Below are positions 55,958 through 64,000 of a stretch of 64,000 nt of DNA, piece after piece. The translations under genes and the position numbers were made by a program. The notes beneath the pieces are model-generated. The model saw only the letters and a program-made list of their open reading frames with translations. It was not told the origin of the DNA and searched no databases. Origin of the DNA: Thermoplasmatota archaeon (lineage in GTDB: Archaea > Thermoplasmatota > Thermoplasmata > UBA10834); assembly GCA_040751795.1 (NCBI GenBank), contig JBFMHR010000004.1:223959-287958 (forward strand), read 5' to 3'. Numbering within the stretch: the first letter of the stretch is position 1; every line of letters starts with the position of its first letter.

Positions 55958-57877
55958 ATGAAGGAGGCCCTGAGCAGCTTCGACGTGATTGCGGTGGTCG
56001 CAGAGCTCCAGCGGCGCACAGGCGGGCACCTCGACAAGGTCTACCACCCCCGGTGGGACCACCTCGTGCTGTCCGTGAGGGGGGCGGGGGAGGGCAAGGA
56101 GTACCTCCACTTCCACGTCGGGAGGTGGCTCTTCCTCTCCAGGGGCACGAGGGAGATGCCCCAGCAGCCCTCGGACTTCGCCATGATGCTCAGGAAGAGG
56201 GTGGCCAACGCCCGCATAGCGGGCGTGAGGCAGCAGGGCTTCGACAGGATCGTCGTCCTCACCCTCGAGAAGGAGGAGACCTTCGACCTCGTCCTCGAGC
56301 TCTTCGGGGACGGCAACGTCATACTCGTCAAGGGCGGCACCATCGTGCAGCCCCTAACCAGCCACACGTGGAAGCACAGGGACGTCAAGGCCAAGCGGGA
56401 GTTCGCGTTCCCGCCGCCCGTGCCCGACCCGGGGGCCATGGACGCCGCCGCCCTGCTGGCCGTGCTGAGGTCCTCGGACTCGGACCTGGTCCGCACCCTC
56501 GCCACGAAGCTCAACGTCGGGGGGAGGTACAGCGAGGAGCTGTGCGCCAGGACCAACATCGCCCCGTCGACGCCGGCGGCCGGCCTCGACGATACGCAGG
56601 CGGACGCGGTCCTGCGCGAGCTCAGGGGGATGATGGCGGAGGCGGCGTCGTCCGGGAAGGGGTTCGTCTACAGCAGGGCGGGCGTGCCCGAGGACGTCTC
56701 CCCCTTCCCCATGAGGACCTGCGCTGGCCTCGAGGCGCGGGAGTTCGCCACGTTCTCCGAGGCGGTCGAGGACTACGTGTCCAGGAAGCCGGCGGCCAAG
56801 AAGGAGAAGCCGAAGGAGGAGACGAAGGATCTCGACCGGCTCAAGAGGCGGGTCGCCCAGCAGGAGGCGGCGGTAGTCAGCCTCCAGGACGAGGCGAGGG
56901 AGGCGCAGGCCGCGGGAGACGCCCTGTTCGCCCATTACTCCGAGGTCGCGAAGGCCATCTCCGAGGCGCGGAGGCGCGCGGAGGGCGGCGAGGGGATGGA
57001 GGGGATCCCCGGGTTCGTCGGCTACGACCCGAAGAGGGCCGTCCTGAAGGTGGAGATCGGCGGGACGGTCCACGCCCTGGACACCAAGGGCACGGTCGAG
57101 TCCAACGCCGAGGCCAGGTACGAGGACGGGAAGAAGGCCAGGAGGAAGCTCGAGGGGGTCCTCAGGGTGGTCGAGGAGACCCGGGCGGGGGTCGACAGCA
57201 TCGCCCGCAAGGAGGCCGAGAGGCGGGAGAGGAAGGCCGTCAGGCCCACCAAGAGGTTCTGGTTCGAGAAGTTCAGGTGGTTCATATCCAGCGAGGGCGC
57301 GGTCGTGCTGGGCGGCAAGGACGCCAAGAGCAACGACCTCCTCGTCAAGAAGCACCTAGAGCCCGGGGACAGGTACGCCCACGCGGACATGCACGGGGCC
57401 CCGAGCGTCGTGGTGAAGATGCGCGACGGGGTGACGGAGGCGACCCTCAGGGAGGCGTGCGAGTTCGCCGTCGCGACCTCCAAGGCGTGGAACGCGAAGA
57501 TAGGGTCGGCCAGCGGATACTGGGTACTGCCCGAGCAGGTCAGCAAGACGCCGCAGAGCGGCGAGTACCTCGCGAAGGGGGCCTTCGTCATCAGGGGCAA
57601 GAGGAACTACTCCGACAAGCTCGGCATAAGGCTGGCCCTCGGCGAGGTCGAGCACGAGGGCGAGAGGAAGGTCATGTGCGGGCCCGAGTCGGCGGTGAAG
57701 GCCAGGTCGGAGAGGTACATCGTCATGAGGCCCGGCGACTGGGACAAGGACGCCGTCGCGAAGCTGCTGGCCGAGGAGCTGCACGTGCCGATCGAGGAGG
57801 TCCAGAGCGTCATGCCTCCGGGCGACGTGGACGTCGTCGAGAGGGCCGGGCTGGAGCTGAAGGGCCTCACCGCTTGA
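55958..57877 (+). CDS. Ribosome quality control protein Rqc2/NEMF (NFACT family)
   Basis: LSSFDV, FAMMLRK, FDRIV, ELFGDGN.IL, WFEKFRWF.SS.G, GGKDA..N, HAD.HGAP, QVSKTP.SGEYL.KGAF.IRG. Confidence 0.93.
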   Translation: MKEALSSFDVIAVVAELQRRTGGHLDKVYHPRWDHLVLSVRGAGEGKEYLHFHVGRWLFLSRGTREMPQQPSDFAMMLRKRVANARIAGVRQQGFDRIVVLTLEKEETFDLVLELFGDGNVILVKGGTIVQPLTSHTWKHRDVKAKREFAFPPPVPDPGAMDAAALLAVLRSSDSDLVRTLATKLNVGGRYSEELCARTNIAPSTPAAGLDDTQADAVLRELRGMMAEAASSGKGFVYSRAGVPEDVSPFPMRTCAGLEAREFATFSEAVEDYVSRKPAAKKEKPKEETKDLDRLKRRVAQQEAAVVSLQDEAREAQAAGDALFAHYSEVAKAISEARRRAEGGEGMEGIPGFVGYDPKRAVLKVEIGGTVHALDTKGTVESNAEARYEDGKKARRKLEGVLRVVEETRAGVDSIARKEAERRERKAVRPTKRFWFEKFRWFISSEGAVVLGGKDAKSNDLLVKKHLEPGDRYAHADMHGAPSVVVKMRDGVTEATLREACEFAVATSKAWNAKIGSASGYWVLPEQVSKTPQSGEYLAKGAFVIRGKRNYSDKLGIRLALGEVEHEGERKVMCGPESAVKARSERYIVMRPGDWDKDAVAKLLAEELHVPIEEVQSVMPPGDVDVVERAGLELKGLTA

Positions 57878-58712
57878 CGAGCGACCGCAGTGCCTTGAGC
57901 TCCTTCCTGTAGCGCTTCTCCCCCTCGGGGGTCTCGAGCACCATCGGAATGCCGTCCCACCTGTCGTCGTTCATGAAGTGGGAGAAGCACTCGAGTCCGA
58001 GGAAGCCCTCCCCTATCTGCGCGTGCCTGTCCAGGTGGGAGCCCTGCTTCCCCTTCGAGTCGTTGATGTGCATGGCCCTCATCGTGTCCGCCCCGAGGAC
58101 GTCCTCGAAGAGGGCGAAGGTCGCCTCGTACCCCTTCCTCGACCTCACGTCGTACCCCGCGGCGTACGCGTGGCAGGTGTCGAAGCACACGCCAGCGCCC
58201 TTCTGGTCGTCCAGCATGTCGATGACCTTCGCGAGCTGCTCGAAGGAGTGGCCGAGGACCGTGCCCTGGCCCGCGGTGTTCTCGAGGACGAAGCACACGG
58301 CCCCGGAGCCGGCCTCCTTCCTGGCCCAGTTCAGCGAGTCGGCGATGCGCCTGAGCCCCGCCTGCTCGCCCGCCCCCATGTGCGCCCCGGGGTGGAATAT
58401 CAGGTTCCTCACCCCCAGCGCCTCCGCCCTGACGACCTCCTCCAGGAACGCCTCCCTGGACCTCTTCATCAGGGCCGCGTCGGGCGTCCCGAGGTTGATC
58501 AGGTAGGAGTCGTGTATGACGGTCTCCATGACCCCGTGGGCCTCCATGTTCTCCCTGTAGAGGGAGACGTCCTCCGGGGCGAGCGGCTTCGAGGACCACT
58601 GCATCTGGTTCTTCGAGAATATCTGCATGCAGTCGCACGTGGCGTCGCGCGCTCGCTGCGGGGCGTTCTGCACCCCGCCCGTCACGGACACGTGGCCGCC
58701 CAGCACCTTCAT
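57867..58712 (-). CDS. nfo: Endonuclease IV
   Basis: GGHVS..GG, QIF, H.SYLINL, FHPG, LENTAGQG, CFDTCH..AAGY, H.NDSK, DRH..IG.G, LETP. Confidence 0.95.
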   Translation of the reverse strand: MKVLGGHVSVTGGVQNAPQRARDATCDCMQIFSKNQMQWSSKPLAPEDVSLYRENMEAHGVMETVIHDSYLINLGTPDAALMKRSREAFLEEVVRAEALGVRNLIFHPGAHMGAGEQAGLRRIADSLNWARKEAGSGAVCFVLENTAGQGTVLGHSFEQLAKVIDMLDDQKGAGVCFDTCHAYAAGYDVRSRKGYEATFALFEDVLGADTMRAMHINDSKGKQGSHLDRHAQIGEGFLGLECFSHFMNDDRWDGIPMVLETPEGEKRYRKELKALRSLVKR

Positions 58713-58750
58713 CCCGAGCACCACGGGGTAATCCCGCTCCGGCTAGATAA

Positions 58751-60676
58751 TCAATCCTCGAGGTCCATGGTGAAGAGGTAGCTGCCGTTGACGATGGACG
58801 ACTTCGGCGGCACCCCGGCCTTGTGCATGAGGGCGATCATGGCGACGTTGTCCCTGAGCACCTCCGCCGTGAGGCCGCGGATCCGCTTCGCCCTCGCGAT
58901 CTTGACGAGCTCCTTCATCAGGTAGGTGCCTATTCCGCGCCCCTGCCAGTCGTCCGCGACCAGGAAGGCTATCTCCGCCCTCCTCGTCGACGGGTTCAGG
59001 TGGTAGCTGCCCACGCCCACCATCTTCTGCTTCGGGCCCTTGCCGTGCAGCACGACCAGGGACATCTCCGACTGGTAGTCTATGACGCAGAACTCCTGGA
59101 GCTTCCTGTGCGGCATGGACTTCAGCATGCTGAAGAACCTGTTGATGATCGTCTGGTCGCTCAGGTCGTAGAACATGTCGCTTAGGAGCTCCTCGTCCGT
59201 CGGCTCTATCGGCCGCACCAGGAGCTTCGCCCCGTCCTTCTCGACCATCACGCTCTCGTACTCCTCGGGGTAGACCGTCGTCGCAGGGGCCAGCTTCTGG
59301 TCGCTGTAGACGTAGTTCATGGCCTTGGCCTCCTCGAGGAGCTGCTTGCGGAACTTCGGGTGGGCGATGTTGATGAGCGCCATCGCCCTCTCGCGGATGT
59401 TCTTGCCGTGGAGGTACGCGGCCCCGTACTCGGTGACGACGTAGTGCACGTCGCCCCTGGTCGTCACCACGCCGGCGCCCTCGTTGAGCTTCGCCGAGAT
59501 CCTGGAGACGGTGTCGTCCTTGGCCGTGGAGGGCAGGGCTATGATCGGCTTGCCCCCCTTCGAGCGGGCGGAGCCGCGGACGAAGTCGACCTGGCCGCCT
59601 ATGCCGGAGTAGAACATCGCGCCCAGCGAGTCGGCGCAGACCTGCCCGGTGAGGTCCACCTCGATCGCCGAGTTGATGGCAATCATCCTGTCGTTCTGCG
59701 CGATGATGAACGGGTCGTTGGTGTACTCCGTTGGGTGGAACTCAATCATGGGGTTGTCGTCCACGAACTCGTAGAGGGCCTTGCTCCCCATGCAGAAGGA
59801 CGCCACGGTCTTGCCCTGGTGGATGGTCTTCTTGGAGTTGTTGATGACCCCCTTCTGGGCGAGCTCCATGAGGCCGTCGGAGAACATCTCGGTGTGGATG
59901 CCAAGGTCCTTCTTGTCGGTGAGGTAGTACAGGACCGAGTCGGGGATGGTCCCGATGCCCATCTGCATCGTGGAGCCGTCCTCTATCAGCTCGGCGATGT
60001 TCTTCCCGATCCGCTTGGCCACGTCGTCCGCGCGGTCCCTCTTCGCGCACAGGAGGGGCTCGTTCACGGGGACGGCGATGTCTATGTCGTCCATGCTGAT
60101 GAAGCAGTCCCCGAGCGCCCTCGGCATCTGCGGGTTGATCTCGGCGATGACCCTGACCGCGGACTCCGCTCCGGACTTGACGACGTCCGTGGAGACGCCG
60201 TAGCTGCAGAAGCCGTGCCTGTCGGGGAGAGAGACCTGTATGAGGGCGACGTCGATGTGCGCCTGGCCGGAGCGGAACAGCGCCGGGATCTCGGACAGGA
60301 AGACCGGGGTGTAGTCCGCCCTCCCCTCCGCGACCGCCTTCCGGGTGTTGGCCCCGATGAAGAACGCGTTGTGCCTGAACTGGTCGGTGAACTTCTCCTC
60401 TGTGTACGGCGCGACCCCCAGGGTCATGATGTGCATGATCCTCGTGTCCGCGAGCCTGCCGGCGCCCTCGATGAGGGCCTTCACGAGGGTCTGCGGCTCG
60501 GCCGCGCCGGAGCCGATGAAGACCTTGTCGCCACGCCTTATGGTCGACACCGCCTGGGCGGCGGTCCTGACCTTGTCCTTGTAGCGCTCCTGCCAGTCCG
60601 GCATGGCGTATGGCCTGGACGGCGGGGCCTCGCCGGCCGGCTTCTTGCCCTTGGTGTCGCTGTCCTTCTCTGCCAT
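58751..60676 (-). CDS. Acetyl-CoA hydrolase/CoA-transferase fused to C-terminal GNAT domain
   Basis: ADYTPVFLSEIP, DGST.QMGIG.IP, LGIHTEM.SDG, DLTGQV, SGIGGQVDF, VTEYG; C-terminal AEIAFLVAD.WQGRGIG GNAT motif A. Confidence 0.9.
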   Translation of the reverse strand: MAEKDSDTKGKKPAGEAPPSRPYAMPDWQERYKDKVRTAAQAVSTIRRGDKVFIGSGAAEPQTLVKALIEGAGRLADTRIMHIMTLGVAPYTEEKFTDQFRHNAFFIGANTRKAVAEGRADYTPVFLSEIPALFRSGQAHIDVALIQVSLPDRHGFCSYGVSTDVVKSGAESAVRVIAEINPQMPRALGDCFISMDDIDIAVPVNEPLLCAKRDRADDVAKRIGKNIAELIEDGSTMQMGIGTIPDSVLYYLTDKKDLGIHTEMFSDGLMELAQKGVINNSKKTIHQGKTVASFCMGSKALYEFVDDNPMIEFHPTEYTNDPFIIAQNDRMIAINSAIEVDLTGQVCADSLGAMFYSGIGGQVDFVRGSARSKGGKPIIALPSTAKDDTVSRISAKLNEGAGVVTTRGDVHYVVTEYGAAYLHGKNIRERAMALINIAHPKFRKQLLEEAKAMNYVYSDQKLAPATTVYPEEYESVMVEKDGAKLLVRPIEPTDEELLSDMFYDLSDQTIINRFFSMLKSMPHRKLQEFCVIDYQSEMSLVVLHGKGPKQKMVGVGSYHLNPSTRRAEIAFLVADDWQGRGIGTYLMKELVKIARAKRIRGLTAEVLRDNVAMIALMHKAGVPPKSSIVNGSYLFTMDLED

Positions 60677-60752
60677 CTGGTCCCGTCGTGATGACCGCAT
60701 ACGGAATAATAACGATTTGCCACGTACACGGGCCTTCACAGCATATAAGTGG

Positions 60753-61064
60753 TCATAGGGACTGGACGATGGCCTTCATCGCCTCGATCTCCCTTCCGAC
60801 CCGCACTATCGCCCGGGTCCCGTCCCCCATGTCGAGGTCCGGGTGCCTCGCCCTGAGCCGGTCGACGACCTCTGCCGGGAACATCTGGTGGAGCTCCCTT
60901 ATGAACGTGTCGCGCTGGCGGGCGACCGACTCGAACACGGGTCTGAAGAGGGGGGCCAGCTCGATATCCCCCTCCAGCCACGCGTCGAAGTCGCCCCTCT
61001 CGATCAGCTGGTCCATGCTGCTGAGGACGAGATGGTACAGCGCCTCCCGCGCCTTGGACTCCAC
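60753..61064 (-). CDS. Small hypothetical protein
   Basis: GTG start after GGTG; GC3-rich codons; directly upstream of the CoA-transferase-GNAT gene on the same strand. Confidence 0.5.
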   Translation of the reverse strand: MESKAREALYHLVLSSMDQLIERGDFDAWLEGDIELAPLFRPVFESVARQRDTFIRELHQMFPAEVVDRLRARHPDLDMGDGTRAIVRVGREIEAMKAIVQSL

Positions 61065-61268
61065 CGTATCGCACCTGGATGGGTGGGAGGTGCCGAGGGT
61101 GCCTTTAACGTTGCGCCTGGCCCCGTGGAGCCCCGATGGGCCCTTGGGACGGGTATTTCAGGGTTCGCTGGCCTGTTTCGAACGGCGTTCATGGACATCC
61201 CGCATGACAGGGCAAAAGTACATCAAAATCGAACGAGTTGCCCGGTCCGCTTAGGGAGAGTTGGGCGA

Positions 61269-62690
61269 ATGGCACGGGCACGCATGTCTTTCTTGGACGG
61301 TTCGGAGGTACAGCGCATCCACGGCACGACCATGAGGATCCTGAGCGAGGTCGGGGTGCTGATACACAGCCCGTCAGCCCGCACCCTCGCCGAGGATGCC
61401 GGGGCCGTCCCCTCCAAGGACGGCAAGCGCACCCTGATCCCTGAGCAGGCCGTGAAGTGGGCCCTGGCCTCCGCCAGCAAGTCGGTGCTCCTCGCCTCCA
61501 GGGACGGGAGGCACGACATCAGGATACCCTCCGGCAGGCTCCATGCGGCGAACGGGGGGGAGGGCGTGTTCGTCAGGGACCTCGTCAAGGGGGAGTCGCA
61601 CTCAGCCAGCTCCGACGACCTGAGGGACTTCGCGGTCCTCGTCAACGAGCTACCGGAGGTCGACTTCTTCTGGCCCATGGTCGGCTCGCTGGAGCAGCCG
61701 GTTCACCTCAAGGGGATGGTCGAGCTCAAGACCTCCCTCGTGCACACCACGAAGCACATCCAGGCCATGGCCGCCGACGCGGCCGAGGCGAAGTGGATGA
61801 CCGAGATGGCGGCGATCCTCACGGGAGGCGAGGACGGTCTCGCGAAGAGGCCCATCGTCTCCGCGGTCGAGTGCCCCATATCCCCGCTCACCTTCGAGAA
61901 GGGGCTAATCGAGGCGCAGGTCGAGCTCGCGAAGGCGGGCATACCCGTCGTCGCCATGTCCGCGTCAGTCGCCGGGCTCACCTCGCCTGTGACCCTCTCA
62001 GGGACCATCGCACAGATGAACGCGGAGAACCTCGCGAGCCTGTTCATATCGCAGGCGGCGAGGAAGGGCGCGCCGTTCATCTACAGCATCGACTCGTCCC
62101 CGGGGGACCTCAAGACGGGCTCTATAGACTACGGGGCGCTGGAGGTGCCCATCCTGAGGACCGGGGCCGGGGAGATGGGCAGGCACTACGGGCTGCCGAC
62201 GATGGTCGCGGGCATCGGGCTCGAGAACCTCACGTTCAACATGGTGAACGAGTGGGAGGGTGTGCCCCACGTGTCGATCCAGTCCATGGTGCCGTCCGAT
62301 CTTGGCGCCGGGTTCGGCGGGGTCGACATGGCCACGGGGGCGTCGCTCGAACAGCTGGTTGCGGACGCGTGGGTCTGGGGCGTCGCGAAGGAGTTCTCGA
62401 GGGACTTCGACGCCGGCGACCAGGCGATCTCCTTCGAGACCATCAGGGACGCAGGGATCGACGGCAACTTCCTCGGCAAGAGGCACACTATCTCGCGCTT
62501 CAGGAAGGAGGTCATCGGGTCCGCAATCCCCAAGGCCTCCCTCGACGTGAGGATGAAGCCAGGCGCGCAGGGGGACCTGCTGCGCAGGGCCCAGGCCGAG
62601 GCGAAGAGGATCCTGGCCGAGCCCAGGGCGCCCCTCGTCACGAAGGACGAGGCGGCCAGGATGGACCAGTGCATGAGGAGGGGACGCTAG
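61269..62690 (+). CDS. MttB/MtgB superfamily methyltransferase (non-pyrrolysine)
   Basis: RIH..TM.IL.EVG, TTKH, ISPL, SPVTL.GT.AQ.NAE.LA, Q....GAP.IY, D.KTG...G..E, HYGLP, GNFL...HT...F; no internal TAG. Confidence 0.85.
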   Translation: MARARMSFLDGSEVQRIHGTTMRILSEVGVLIHSPSARTLAEDAGAVPSKDGKRTLIPEQAVKWALASASKSVLLASRDGRHDIRIPSGRLHAANGGEGVFVRDLVKGESHSASSDDLRDFAVLVNELPEVDFFWPMVGSLEQPVHLKGMVELKTSLVHTTKHIQAMAADAAEAKWMTEMAAILTGGEDGLAKRPIVSAVECPISPLTFEKGLIEAQVELAKAGIPVVAMSASVAGLTSPVTLSGTIAQMNAENLASLFISQAARKGAPFIYSIDSSPGDLKTGSIDYGALEVPILRTGAGEMGRHYGLPTMVAGIGLENLTFNMVNEWEGVPHVSIQSMVPSDLGAGFGGVDMATGASLEQLVADAWVWGVAKEFSRDFDAGDQAISFETIRDAGIDGNFLGKRHTISRFRKEVIGSAIPKASLDVRMKPGAQGDLLRRAQAEAKRILAEPRAPLVTKDEAARMDQCMRRGR

Positions 62691-63559
62691 AACCTCTGCG
62701 CCAGCTTCGGGTGCACCTTCGCGCCCCAGACCGCCCTCTGGGCGTCCTCCGTCGATAGCCGGCCCCTCTCGGAGAAGAGGGCCGTCACGTGCTTGAACGA
62801 GACCTGCTCGAAGTAGAGGTTCTCCACTGAGACGCCGGGGGTGACGCCCTCGAGCAGCTCGGAGGGGTCGCGCAGGTCCCTCGAGAGGGCGATGGGCGCG
62901 AACTTGGTCGAGTCCGCGAGGACTATCAGGGGGATGCCCCTCGCCTCGCACGCCAGAGCCATGTGCGCCAGGCCGATCTTGCCTATGACGCCTTCCCTGT
63001 TCACGGCGTCGGCCCCGACCACCCCGACGCCCGCCTCCGACGAGAAGAGCGAGAGGGCCGCGTCCGCGATCAGCGTCACGTTCACGTTCATCCGGCCGAG
63101 CTCCCTGGCCATGAGCACGCCCTCCCTCATCGGCCTCGACTCGCAGGCTATGACTGTGGTCGCTGGGTCCTTGGAAGCCCTGACCAGCGTGTGGAACACC
63201 GCGCTGCTCGAGCTCGTCGTCAGCACGCGTTTCCCGGCCATCTCGCCCGCCGCCAGCTCCGCTATCCTGGCCGCGGCCGCGGGGTAGTGGTCGGACACGG
63301 CCTCGCAGAAGGACGCGACGGACGAGGAGTCGGCCGACCTGTGGAGGATGCCGTTCGCCAGGGTCCAGATGCTCGCTATGTTGGGCTGCGCCTTAGCGAG
63401 CGCCAGGGCGAACTCCTCCAGGTCGTGCTGGAGCTGCCTGCCGGGCACCCTTTCGCAGAGCGTCCTCAGGGGGACGCAGACGTGCGCCGCCAAGGCGCTC
63501 GCGCCCGACAGCCTGTCGTCCCTCACCTGGTGGAGGATCGCCTCGAGCTCGGACAGCAT
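62687..63559 (-). CDS. eIF-2B alpha/beta/delta family protein (sugar-phosphate isomerase-like)
   Basis: SGAS, AQP.IA, T.S.SSAV, ESRP..EG, LIADAA, VGADAV, KIG...A, N.YFE. Confidence 0.85.
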   Translation of the reverse strand: MLSELEAILHQVRDDRLSGASALAAHVCVPLRTLCERVPGRQLQHDLEEFALALAKAQPNIASIWTLANGILHRSADSSSVASFCEAVSDHYPAAAARIAELAAGEMAGKRVLTTSSSSAVFHTLVRASKDPATTVIACESRPMREGVLMARELGRMNVNVTLIADAALSLFSSEAGVGVVGADAVNREGVIGKIGLAHMALACEARGIPLIVLADSTKFAPIALSRDLRDPSELLEGVTPGVSVENLYFEQVSFKHVTALFSERGRLSTEDAQRAVWGAKVHPKLAQRF

Positions 63560-64000
63560 CGGGCACGGATGCGCGTCCCGGATAGATGTGCCTTGCGAGA
63601 GAAAGGTCCTGCATAAAGTCGGGTGATACATGCAGGGCGAAGCGCAAAGACCCCCGCGTCCCGATCGGCCTCCTCATGCCCGAAGAGGCATTCGCGCGGG
63701 CCGGTACGGCCGGCCCCGCAGGCGGCGTGCCGCGCCCGACATGTGGGAGGAATCCTCATTCCCGAATGGGCGCGCAATCTGCTCCAGCCACCCCGGACAG
63801 TGTCTTAGAGACACTGCTGGGACATGCTGGCCCGCCGCTACCAGCCGCCCGCGACAGGGCGGCAGGGGGCTTACGGTTCAGCCCCGGCGCGTCCCGGCAT
63901 GACGTGATGATGGCCCTCTGCGACCCCGTGAGGGGCGCACGGCCGGAGCCGAACGGGACGAGTCAGCTGTCGAAGTGGTCAGAAGGGTTACCACCCGACT

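Noticed and set aside
62688-62690. Pyrrolysine read-through at the MttB TAG
   Set aside because: The TAG is terminal after a full-length protein, overlaps the convergent gene's stop, and is not at the internal Pyl position
63706-63790. RNase P or SRP RNA
   Set aside because: GAGGAATCC only loosely resembles GAGGAAAGTCC; other universally conserved RNase P and SRP helix 8 motifs not found
1-64000. CRISPR array, cas genes, rRNA, integrase or provirus
   Set aside because: No regularly spaced repeats, rRNA-like sequence or corresponding protein motifs seen

Overview
High-GC archaeal chromosome segment, most consistent with Thermoplasmatota (inferred from gene content). It carries archaeal informational clusters (rpl44e-rps27e-aIF2alpha-nop10-PAC2; TFS-PCNA; aIF1A-RIO1-KH; pus10-rpl21e-rpoF-DUF655-ksgA; ychF-polB-rpl15e), non-oxidative pentose phosphate genes, argGH, hcp, kamA, two DUF835 proteins, two sensor kinases and four tRNAs (Pro-TGG, Tyr-GTA with intron, Glu-TTC, Thr-GGT). 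Two loci stand out. (1) An apparently intact IS110/IS1111-type element (~54434-55719) beside tRNA-Thr. Its ~185-nt downstream non-coding end contains a perfect 13-nt copy of the reconstructed empty target site plus a donor-like motif, making it a candidate archaeal bridge/seek RNA-guided recombinase. (2) A 1479-aa animal-like thioester protein (alpha-2-macroglobulin/TEP, intact GCGEQ) with a two-helix transmembrane hairpin in the bait region, followed by a wHTH/Zn-ribbon/multi-TM protein, possibly a membrane-coupled protease-trap/sensing system. Smaller oddities: a bud32/rdgB junction lacking the rdgB start codon (ACGA instead of ATGA), a degenerate ThiI, a Cys-rich DUF835 paired with a receiver protein, and an orphan non-pyrrolysine MttB. 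All product calls come from motif recognition by eye; no database searches were run.
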